This document shows, piece after piece, positions 29,233 through 37,433 of a stretch of DNA of 53,091 bases; positions within the stretch are counted from its first letter, which is position 1; each line of letters begins with the position of its first letter. Location: contig CAYZMI010000005.1 in assembly GCA_964479475.1 (NCBI GenBank), positions 11,819-64,909 of the forward strand, read 5' to 3'. Below the pieces are notes generated by a model, which saw only the letters and a list, made by a program, of their open reading frames with translations, made no database searches and was not told where the DNA came from. This stretch comes from an uncultured Rhodospirillaceae bacterium. Its GTDB lineage: Bacteria; Pseudomonadota; Alphaproteobacteria; MPNO01; UBA2964. A program made the translations under genes and the position numbers.

Positions 29233-30312
29233 TTAAGGGTGAACGGTTTCAGTAAACAAGTCAGTCGGAAGTTCATGGCCCAGGCCCAACTCCTTCGCCT
29301 TGTTGTAAACGACGTAGCCCGCCGCAGCAAATTGATAGCCCATCCCTAAGTTATTAAGAAAACAGGTGACCTGCGAATCGTCAGTTCGACCATCCAGATC
29401 TCCATTGATGATCTGTGGGAGTGAGGGAAGCGAAGCATGCCAATCGTCGTGCTCCATGCCGTAATTTCCAACCTTATCTTCTCCCACTTGAACGCCATGA
29501 GTGTAAATTAGTTCCGCATTATCGTTGTGATCCAATAGTACAAATAAATCGATATCGGGCCATGCAGCTTTCTCGACCTCTGTAGCGCCAGGACGTACGG
29601 TGCCGATATGCATTCCTGGCTCCAGCCAATCCCGCATAAAAACCGGCATCACAGCATTGGTAGAACAGGCCACCATATCTACGCCCTTGCATGCCTCTTC
29701 ACCGCTGCTACAGGGTCGGACCTCTAGGTTTGTTTCCTCCGACATTTCCTTCGCAAATGCCTCACGGTTTTTTTTATTCGGGCTAAACACCCTGATATCT
29801 GTCAAATCGCGAACCGCCGCGTGGGCCGTCACCTGTGCACCTGCCTGCCAACCAGAACCTAGTACAGCAAGCGAAGTAGCGTCCTCGCGAGCTAGATATT
29901 TAGCCGCAATGCCATTCGTCGCTCCAACGCGCGCGCGCTGCATTACGCCGTCAGGACAAATCACCAATGGCTCACCATTATGGGTACTGAATAACAATAC
30001 GAGGCCGACGTATCGATTATTGGGCGCCGCGGGGACTTTGACCCTACGCATTTCGTTTCCAGTTTGTGGAAATGTAAGAATATCTGAGTTGAGCCTGATC
30101 GCCCCGATGCCAAATTTTGGTATAACACCGTCCATGGACTTTAGAGCGTAAAGACCATCCTCCCGTAAAGTTGTTGGAGTGACAATATCCGAACGCAAGC
30201 GATTACCCCCACGACCGTTCACAAGCTCGATATAAGCATCTTCAAGCGTGGGAACGAGATCCTCCATAGTTAGAATTTGTTCAATATCTTCATTGGATAG
30301 AATAAGTGTCAT
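29233..30312 (-). CDS. Ornithine cyclodeaminase/mu-crystallin family enzyme (paralog 3)
   Basis: It has the same length and termini as paralog 2 (MTLILSNE...FTETVHP) and the LGSGWQA motif. Confidence 0.85.
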   Translation of the reverse strand: MTLILSNEDIEQILTMEDLVPTLEDAYIELVNGRGGNRLRSDIVTPTTLREDGLYALKSMDGVIPKFGIGAIRLNSDILTFPQTGNEMRRVKVPAAPNNRYVGLVLLFSTHNGEPLVICPDGVMQRARVGATNGIAAKYLAREDATSLAVLGSGWQAGAQVTAHAAVRDLTDIRVFSPNKKNREAFAKEMSEETNLEVRPCSSGEEACKGVDMVACSTNAVMPVFMRDWLEPGMHIGTVRPGATEVEKAAWPDIDLFVLLDHNDNAELIYTHGVQVGEDKVGNYGMEHDDWHASLPSLPQIINGDLDGRTDDSQVTCFLNNLGMGYQFAAAGYVVYNKAKELGLGHELPTDLFTETVHP

Positions 30313-30441
30313 TTAGGACCTCCGTTAGGATTTGCATTTGGTCGGAAAATTGTTACAGAAGCCTGAAAATACTGGGTATAATAACAATACAATTAGTCAG
30401 GCGATTTTCTAAATTTGTATAAGATTGTTGCGTTCTATTTT

Positions 30442-31773
30442 TTAAATCGATGTAACGGGTATGCCTTCCCGCGTACGAAGAATTTCGCCAATGAGCGATG
30501 CATACTGTACTTCGCGATTTTCCACGAGTGAGGCGGCCCGAATGCGTTGGTCAACGGAAGTCAAGCCTGGTGGATCTTCACCACGTTCGTTAATTCTTAC
30601 ACAATCAAGCAAACGCCGCCGTGTCATGATAATTGACTTGTCGCTATTGACCAGCTGTTCTTCCTGTCGCCGATGGATCGACCCTTGGCTCTCTTGCATG
30701 GCCTTGTCTTGCATCCCCACTGTGTAGATACCGTTATATGTTTTTTTGTTTTTCTGACCATCGCGATCTATCAGATAGTCGTTGTCCTTATTAGCATCAG
30801 GACGCAAGGTTTCTGGATCTACTACAACATGGGTTCCTTTTCCCTGTTCCATTGCCGACCGCTCACTATTTGAGAGTGGTCGTGTCGGATGACAGCTGAT
30901 GATCCATCGCCAAAAACTCTCGTCGTCCCGCGGCACCCAGGCGTTCGATCCCATCGCAAAATCACCGTAGGGTGGCGCTATAGTAAAACAAGGGATGACC
31001 CATTGCCCGATGCGCCAATAGTATGAGTCATCTCCTGCATCGCGCCGTGCGATGACATTGATTCCATAATCCTGCGCGACACTATCAAAGAATAAATTTG
31101 AGTTAGATGTTAGGTCGGAGCCCGTATTTCCCTTGTGTAAAGGATCAGAGCTAAGTTCGAATTTATGCAAATAAGGCACGTGCACGGGATCAATTCCGCC
31201 TTCAAGCCCCTGAAGCCAATTACATTCCTCCCAGCGGCGCGATGCATAGCGATGCTCATCAGACACCAGACAATACTCGTATTCCGGTGGTGAGGGTATT
31301 CTGTCAGGCGGCCCCATATAGGCCCAAATAATTCCGCCCGTTTCAACTACAGGGTAGGACTTAACAGTCGGCTTAACGCTCCAGCTGGCAAAGTCGGGTT
31401 CGGATGGGATATCAACAATATTCCCATCCACATCAAACTTCCAGCCGTGGTATGAACACCGCAAACCGCATTCCTCGTTACGTCCAAAGAAAAGTGATGA
31501 TCGACGATGTGGACAAAATTGATCAAGGATGCCGACACGGCCTTTGGTATCCCGAAAGACAATAAGGTCCTCCCCCATTAATTTGAGTCTAACTTGAGGC
31601 CCGTCCGGGTTAGCCACTTCATCGGATTGCACCGCTGGTAGCCAGTAACGGCGGAGCAAATTACCCATAGGCGTTCCCGGCCCTGTACGAGTTAGGATTT
31701 CGTTTTCTTCAGCTGAGAACATGGTGAATGGATTGCTCACGTCTATTCTCCAATTATTTGGCGACCGTTGCAT
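30442..31773 (-). CDS. Rieske [2Fe-2S] oxygenase, phthalate-dioxygenase-like (alpha-only type)
   Basis: The Rieske motif is CPHRRSSL-x-CSYHGWKF. The N-terminal TRTGPGTPMGNLLRRYWLP resembles phthalate-family oxygenases. No beta subunit follows. The start is uncertain (31773 or 31722). Confidence 0.85.
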   Translation of the reverse strand: MQRSPNNWRIDVSNPFTMFSAEENEILTRTGPGTPMGNLLRRYWLPAVQSDEVANPDGPQVRLKLMGEDLIVFRDTKGRVGILDQFCPHRRSSLFFGRNEECGLRCSYHGWKFDVDGNIVDIPSEPDFASWSVKPTVKSYPVVETGGIIWAYMGPPDRIPSPPEYEYCLVSDEHRYASRRWEECNWLQGLEGGIDPVHVPYLHKFELSSDPLHKGNTGSDLTSNSNLFFDSVAQDYGINVIARRDAGDDSYYWRIGQWVIPCFTIAPPYGDFAMGSNAWVPRDDESFWRWIISCHPTRPLSNSERSAMEQGKGTHVVVDPETLRPDANKDNDYLIDRDGQKNKKTYNGIYTVGMQDKAMQESQGSIHRRQEEQLVNSDKSIIMTRRRLLDCVRINERGEDPPGLTSVDQRIRAASLVENREVQYASLIGEILRTREGIPVTSI

Positions 31774-31928
31774 TCACCTGAAGCTAACGATCCTCAATAT
31801 AGCAAACCCTAACAACCGGTGGTTAACAGGACAAGGAACGGAATAACTAATTCTGGGTCCTTGCAGTATCGCGCAACACACTATATGGGCTACGGTCAAT
31901 CGCCATCGACCAAAATCACACGTTAGAC

Positions 31929-32684
31929 ATGAGCTTCGAAGCCCTCGCTATTATTTTTATTGGAATTGCTGCCGGATCATTTTTTAAGGGGGCACTCGGT
32001 ATAGGCCTGCCAATCATTGCCATCCCCACGCTGGCCACTTATTTAGGTGTGGAACACGCAGTCGTCGTCATCATCGTCCCGACATTTTTGACCAACATTT
32101 GGATTGTTTGGCGCTACCGTAAGATGGCGGCGGGAGTGCCTCATTTGCCAAAATCCCTAATCGCCGCCGGGATCGGAACAGCAATAGGCGCATTTATTCT
32201 CGCCGAATTAACCGACCAAGCCTTGCTGTGGCTCCTGGTCATCTGGGTTGCAGCCTATTTAATACACCTTGCCATCAATCCCGAATTCAGACTGGAGGGC
32301 CGCGCATCACGGATATTTTCTCCTGTTATTGCGGGGGCTGCTGGACTCAGTCAAGGCTCAACCGGCATTGGCGGGCCTATAGTAGCAACCTGGATGCACT
32401 CCTACCGGTTAGAGAGCCAGGTCTATGTTTTCGCCGCTTCGATTATGTTTCTTGTAATTTCCGGTACGCACTTTTTCACTGCCGCAGGCATCGGCCTTTT
32501 TGACCAGGAAAGATTATTACAGGGTCTACTCGCAGTAATTCCAGCTACTCTTTTTGTTCAGATCGGCATGTGGACCACACCATATATAAGTAAAAAATGG
32601 TTCAATCGGTTAGTAATAGCCATTGTTTGTATCATGGAGATCAAATTGATCTTTCAGGTTACTGGAATAGATTTATTCCGATGA
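31929..32684 (+). CDS. TauE/SafE-family membrane protein (sulfite/anion exporter-like), copy 1
   Basis: 251 aa and very hydrophobic, with 7-8 TM segments and Gly-rich TM motifs typical of DUF81/TauE. Confidence 0.75.
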   Translation: MSFEALAIIFIGIAAGSFFKGALGIGLPIIAIPTLATYLGVEHAVVVIIVPTFLTNIWIVWRYRKMAAGVPHLPKSLIAAGIGTAIGAFILAELTDQALLWLLVIWVAAYLIHLAINPEFRLEGRASRIFSPVIAGAAGLSQGSTGIGGPIVATWMHSYRLESQVYVFAASIMFLVISGTHFFTAAGIGLFDQERLLQGLLAVIPATLFVQIGMWTTPYISKKWFNRLVIAIVCIMEIKLIFQVTGIDLFR

Positions 32685-33409
32685 GCGATTTTACGAAGTC
32701 TGTTATCGCAGTCCGCCACGTATCATTTGAACACCTCGGTACATTTGAAAAGCTCTTCAGACAATGGGGATATGTCATCCGTTATATCGATGCCGGAATA
32801 GACAAAATTTGTATGGAACCTGCGGATACCGCCGATTTACTTATTATGCTGGGTGGCCCAATCGGGGCCTATGAAAGCCATACTTATCCCTATTTGGGCG
32901 ATGAAATGAAGCTCATCGAACGACGCCTCAGCAACGGAAGGCCACTGATCGGAATTTGCTTAGGCGCACAACTTATCGCCCACGCGCTGGGCTCGAAAAT
33001 ATATCCCGGAAAACAAAAAGAAATTGGATGGTCGGCGATCAGCCTAACAGAAGAAGGCAAATCATCCCCACTATCGCACATCGCAAATGTTGGGGGGTAT
33101 GTGTTGCATTGGCATGGTGATACTTTTGATTTACCGACTAAGGCAATGCGTCTAGCTACAACCGAATTAACATTCAACCAAGCGTTTAGTTTCGGCCAAA
33201 ACGTACTTGGCCTGCAATTCCATATCGAAATTGAGCCGACCGAGATAGAAAGCTGGCTAATTGGGCATGCCTGTGAAATCTCTACAACCGACACAACCTC
33301 AGTAAAAAATATTCGCTCCGATACGGCTACTCACGGCAGCACTTTAGTAACCCAAGGAGCACGAGTTTTATCCAATTGGATGACGGAGGCAGGGCTTCAA
33401 GCCTGTTAA
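32681..33409 (+). CDS. Class I glutamine amidotransferase-like protein
   Basis: It has IGICLGAQL (nucleophile elbow Cys) and LQFHIE (His-Glu). Its ATG at 32681 overlaps the TauE stop (ATGA). Confidence 0.8.
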   Translation: MSDFTKSVIAVRHVSFEHLGTFEKLFRQWGYVIRYIDAGIDKICMEPADTADLLIMLGGPIGAYESHTYPYLGDEMKLIERRLSNGRPLIGICLGAQLIAHALGSKIYPGKQKEIGWSAISLTEEGKSSPLSHIANVGGYVLHWHGDTFDLPTKAMRLATTELTFNQAFSFGQNVLGLQFHIEIEPTEIESWLIGHACEISTTDTTSVKNIRSDTATHGSTLVTQGARVLSNWMTEAGLQAC

Positions 33410-34035
33410 GTACTCTCGCGGAGTTGAGCGCCGGCCTCATTTTGTAGCATGTGGGCAATCGCCTCATATGGTTGTGCCCCGACAACTCCATAGCCACCCG
33501 CAACAAATGTTGGCACACCAGTTACCCCATAGCTGCGAGATTTTTCCCAATCCGCATCCACCGCATCCTTGAAGCGTTCTTCGTCCAGTGCTTTCCGAGC
33601 ATCGGAACCCGACAGTCCTACGGTCTCTACAAGATCTACCAAAACATCAAAATCTGCGATGTTGTGGTTAGCAACAAAATAGGCCCTGTAGAGCTCCTCG
33701 TGGATAGCATCCCCACCGTCTTGTGTATCTGCCCACTTACCCAACTCTTGGGCGCGACGACTGTTATAAGTATTGGCGCGCTGGCCATAGGGAAGGCCCT
33801 CTTTATCCATCAACCCCTTCATTCGTTCATACATAGCCTTGGGGTCCATACCACGTGCTGCGTACATTTCCGCAACTGACCGGCCTTCTAGGGGAGTTTC
33901 AGGATGCAGAGGGAAATGCACCAATTTTACATAGATGTTGAAGTTATTTCTGAGCTTTTCAATACGCACGGTACTGAGATAGCACCATGGTCAAACATAG
34001 TCTGTAAAGACCTCAAGTGTAATCGGTTCTGCCAT
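33406..34035 (-). CDS. DsbA/FrnE-like thiol:disulfide oxidoreductase with an in-frame TGA at the first CxxC position (candidate selenoprotein, U-P-W-C)
   Basis: The ORF track gives only 33406..33969. The same frame continues upstream: ATG(34035) AEPITLEVFTDYV TGA(33993..33991) PWCYLSTV. A GGGAGG lies 7 nt before the ATG. The family consensus here is F.D..CPWCY. The C-terminal GVTGVPTFV matches the cis-Pro loop of the DsbA fold. Confidence 0.6.
33959..33989 (-). other. Stem-loops immediately 3' of the in-frame UGA (candidate bacterial SECIS)
   Basis: The mRNA reads UGACCAUGGUGCUAUCUCAGUACCGUGCGUAUUGAAAAG. Hairpin A is CAUGGUGC/GUACCGUG, 8 bp including 2 G-U pairs. Hairpin B is UCAGUAC-CGUGC-GUAUUGA, 7 bp, and its G/U-containing 5-nt loop lies 21-25 nt after the UGA. 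I folded both by eye only. Confidence 0.35.
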
Positions 34036-34199
34036 TACTAACCTCCCTTTAAATAATAACTAGTACAATTGCATGGGGACATAGGCATAATAATTACTTG
34101 CTTCGATTGGCAATACTCCACCCGTCTACAATGTGTATGACAAAGTTCCATGTGAGTTTATAGAGCTATCAATTTTTACGCTAATTTTTGTCGTCTTAA

Positions 34200-35057
34200 T
34201 TAGTACGGAATACCACCGGCAATGGATGTACGGTGCAGATGTCTGACCCCCGGTGGCTTAATCCCGCCAACAGCCAGGTGCGCTGTACACCGATTGTCCC
34301 AAAAAACTAAATCACCAACCCGCCACTTGTGCTGGTATATGAATTCGGACCGAATTTGATGACTGAATAGCTCATCCAATAATGGTTGGGCTTCATTGTC
34401 ATCCATTCCATTAATGGCAACAGAAAATCTCGGCGTCACAAACAGAGATTTTCGACCCGTAACAGGGTGCGTGCGGACCATAGGATGAAGAGAATCGGGT
34501 ACATTGATACTGTAATATTCCTTAACGTCACGATCGAACGCCTCAGTGATAGCGCCTCGTGGATTACGACGCCTATCTCGGACATGGATTGCTTTAAGTC
34601 CCTCGATGCGTTGCTTTGTCTCTTCCGACAAAGTTTCATATGCCAAATACATGTTGGCCCAGGCGGTATCTCCACCCTCTTCAGCTACCTCTAATGCATG
34701 TAGCATGGATCCCATGCTTGGCTTTTCGGCATAAGTCAAATCAGTATGCCAAAGTTCCCCAGCATATGCGCCTGTAGCACCTACATATTTACCATCCACT
34801 TTACGATTGCAGAGAACCAAAACTTCAGGGTGATCCGGATGGAGAAATTCCCCCGAAACGCGGACAACGAGCTTACCGAAACGTCGACTAAAGGCGACCT
34901 GCTGCTTTGGGGATAGATCCTGATTGCGAATTACCAAAACTAAATTATTCAACAATGCCTGAGTAAGGGCCTCAATTAAATCGTCACTTACAGCGCCCCC
35001 AACGTCGATTCCCGTCACCTCAGCTCCCAGAGCACCCGAAAGTCGTGTGACTTTCAT
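34200..35057 (-). CDS. TauD/TfdA-family Fe(II)/2-oxoglutarate-dependent dioxygenase
   Basis: It has WHTDLTY (the HxD iron ligands), WDNRCTAHLA (distal His) and an N-terminus typical of taurine-dioxygenase-like enzymes. The ATG at 35057 lies 6 nt after the msrA stop. Confidence 0.85.
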   Translation of the reverse strand: MKVTRLSGALGAEVTGIDVGGAVSDDLIEALTQALLNNLVLVIRNQDLSPKQQVAFSRRFGKLVVRVSGEFLHPDHPEVLVLCNRKVDGKYVGATGAYAGELWHTDLTYAEKPSMGSMLHALEVAEEGGDTAWANMYLAYETLSEETKQRIEGLKAIHVRDRRRNPRGAITEAFDRDVKEYYSINVPDSLHPMVRTHPVTGRKSLFVTPRFSVAINGMDDNEAQPLLDELFSHQIRSEFIYQHKWRVGDLVFWDNRCTAHLAVGGIKPPGVRHLHRTSIAGGIPY

Positions 35058-35063
35058 CGTCAA

Positions 35064-35717
35064 TCAGGCGTTCGCGGCGATCCCGGAGGGACAGACAACG
35101 CCCGTTCCACCAAGCCCGCAATAGCCATTGGGATTTTTGGCCAAATATTGTTGATGATATTCTTCAGCATAATAAAATTCCGGCGCGTCAAGAATTTCCG
35201 TAGTTATTTCATCATAACCGTTTCCTCGCAGCGCCGTTTCGTATGTATGATGCGACGCTTTAACCGCCAGATTTTGTTCAGCAGAGTAAGTATAGACACC
35301 AGACCGGTATTGCGTACCAACATCGTTGCCTTGACGCATTCCTTGCGTGGGATTGTGACCCTCCCAAAATACTCTAAGTATTTCTTCATAGGTCACCTTT
35401 TTGGGATCGAACACCACTAGTACAACTTCTGTATGGCCAGTCATGCCACTACAGACCTCCTCATAAAGTGGATTTTTCGTGTGACCTGCCGCATAGCCCA
35501 CCGCCGTCGAATAAACACCAGGAATTTGCCAAAACAACCGTTCAGCACCCCAAAAACATCCCATACCAAACATGGCTGTCTCCAGCCCCTCATCAAAAGG
35601 TGGAATTATTGGATTTTTGTTAACAAAATGATTGCCCGAGATAGTTATCGGGTTGTCCCGTCCGGGAAGTGCCTTTTCAGCATCGGGGATGGTCAATTTA
35701 TCGGGTGAAAGCCACAT
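35064..35717 (-). CDS. msrA: Peptide-methionine (S)-S-oxide reductase
   Basis: It has the GMGCFWGAE active-site motif (Cys form) and YHQQYL near the C-terminus. 217 aa. Confidence 0.9.
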   Translation of the reverse strand: MWLSPDKLTIPDAEKALPGRDNPITISGNHFVNKNPIIPPFDEGLETAMFGMGCFWGAERLFWQIPGVYSTAVGYAAGHTKNPLYEEVCSGMTGHTEVVLVVFDPKKVTYEEILRVFWEGHNPTQGMRQGNDVGTQYRSGVYTYSAEQNLAVKASHHTYETALRGNGYDEITTEILDAPEFYYAEEYHQQYLAKNPNGYCGLGGTGVVCPSGIAANA

Positions 35718-35885
35718 GATGTACCTCGATCGATGTGTTTATATGGCTTCAAGATAAGGTTTCAAAGGCGCGACGCCAAGCCTGATTTCTAAATACGGCC
35801 CATAATTTGATCAGGTATGTTTAGGTATTATGAGTGACTAGTTGACTAACGAGGTCCTCCGCACCAATTTGACAACACAAATTTA

Positions 35886-37388
35886 ATGCCGTGGGAGAAA
35901 ATTTTGAAAACAACAAAAGACATCAGTGAAGTTGGCGCGCTGAACTTCATCAACGGTAAATATTTGGTAGGCTCATCTGGAAAGACCTTTGAAAACATCA
36001 GCCCAGTCGATGGCTCTCTTATCTCCATAGTTCACGAGGCAAATGAGTTTGATGTGGATGCCGCAGTACAAGCCGCTCGCGCGGCGCTAAATGGACCTTG
36101 GGGAACAATGGCGTTGGCCGAACGGCTGAATATTGTCTCCGCGCTCGTTGAAGGAATTCAAGCGCGTTTCGACGATTTTCTGGCTGCCGAAGTTGCCGAT
36201 ACAGGAAAGCCAGTTAGCCTCGCCTCCCACTTAGACATTCCGCGCGGCGCCGCAAACTTTCAAATATTTGCCGATATCGTGCGAAACCACCACGGCGAAT
36301 CATTCCGAATGCCGACACCGGACGGTACCGGTGCAATAAATTACACCGTTAGCCGGCCCAAAGGTGTAATTGGTGTGGTTTGCCCATGGAACTTACCCTT
36401 GCTGTTGATGACCTGGAAAGTAGGACCAGCTTTAGCATGCGGCAATACGGTAATAGTCAAACCATCGGAAGAAACGCCATCAACAGCAGCCATGCTAGGC
36501 GAAGTAATGAATACAGTTGGAGTGCCGATGGGTGTCTACAATGTGGTTCAAGGCTTTGGCCCTGATTCGGCAGGTGAATTTCTTGTTAAACATCCGGATG
36601 TAGATGCAATCACTTTCACCGGTGAAACACGTACCGGTGAGGCCATCATGCAAAATGCCGCCATTGGTGTTCGCGATGTTTCGTTTGAGTTAGGAGGTAA
36701 AAATCCTGCCATTGTTTTTGCCGATTGCGACATGGAGAAAGCAATAGAAGGCACTATGCGTTCAGTGTTCGCCAATTGCGGCCAGGTGTGCCTTGGAACT
36801 GAAAGGGTTTACGTTGAAAAGCCCATCTTCGACGAATTCGTTGAAAAGTTAAAAGCAGGTGCCGAAGCTCTCATATGTGGTCGACCGGAAGAAGATTCCA
36901 CCTCTTTGGGGCCTCTGATTAGTAAAGAACACCAAGAAAAGGTCTTAGGTTATTATAAAAAAGCGGCAAATGAAGGCGCCAAAGTAATAACCGGGGGTGG
37001 CGTCCCCAAATTGGAAGATGGACTTGCAAATGGTGCATGGGTCGAGCCCACCATTTGGACAGGCTTACCGGACAATTCAGCGTTGATTACAGATGAAATA
37101 TTTGGTCCTTGCTGTCATATTCGGTCGTTCGATACTGAAGACGAAGTCATCCAACTAGCCAATAACACACCGTACGGTCTAGCCTGTTCTATTTGGACAG
37201 ATGACTTAACCCGGGCACATCGCGTTGCACCGCAAATCGAAGCCGGCATCCTCTGGATCAACAGCTGGTTCCTACGAGATTTGCGGACACCATTTGGTGG
37301 GTCTAAACAATCAGGGATTGGACGTGAGGGCGGCACCTATTCACTCGAGTTTTATACTGAGCTCAGTAATGTTTGTGTAAAACTCTAA
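35886..37388 (+). CDS. NAD(P)+-dependent aldehyde dehydrogenase
   Basis: It has ELGGKNP, the catalytic Cys in FANCGQVCLGTER, and GxWN-type cofactor motifs. 500 aa. Confidence 0.9.
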   Translation: MPWEKILKTTKDISEVGALNFINGKYLVGSSGKTFENISPVDGSLISIVHEANEFDVDAAVQAARAALNGPWGTMALAERLNIVSALVEGIQARFDDFLAAEVADTGKPVSLASHLDIPRGAANFQIFADIVRNHHGESFRMPTPDGTGAINYTVSRPKGVIGVVCPWNLPLLLMTWKVGPALACGNTVIVKPSEETPSTAAMLGEVMNTVGVPMGVYNVVQGFGPDSAGEFLVKHPDVDAITFTGETRTGEAIMQNAAIGVRDVSFELGGKNPAIVFADCDMEKAIEGTMRSVFANCGQVCLGTERVYVEKPIFDEFVEKLKAGAEALICGRPEEDSTSLGPLISKEHQEKVLGYYKKAANEGAKVITGGGVPKLEDGLANGAWVEPTIWTGLPDNSALITDEIFGPCCHIRSFDTEDEVIQLANNTPYGLACSIWTDDLTRAHRVAPQIEAGILWINSWFLRDLRTPFGGSKQSGIGREGGTYSLEFYTELSNVCVKL

Positions 37389-37433
37389 GATCAATCCCAC
37401 TTGTCGCCACTATCACGCCCAAACCTCTGGAGG

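Noticed and set aside
29600-30151. Long shadow ORFs opposite strong genes (for example 29600..30151, 14571..15059, 13447..13863, 27095..27595 and 12750..13079).
   Set aside because: Each lies antisense to a gene with clear family motifs, and their Ser/Arg/Pro-rich translations are typical of shadow frames.
33406-33969. Reading the DsbA-like gene as an N-terminally truncated protein or a nonsense-mutated pseudogene.
   Set aside because: The TGA falls exactly on the first Cys of the CPWC motif. An ATG with a GGGAGG RBS lies 14 codons upstream in the same frame, no other lesion is present, and hairpins follow the UGA. A pseudogene cannot be fully excluded without knowing whether the genome encodes the Sec machinery.
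33991-33993. TGA decoded through an alternative genetic code (Trp or Gly reassignment).
   Set aside because: Many well-supported genes in the window terminate at TGA at positions consistent with full-length family members (for example the amidase, TauE-1, MsrA, GT2 and the radical SAM enzyme).
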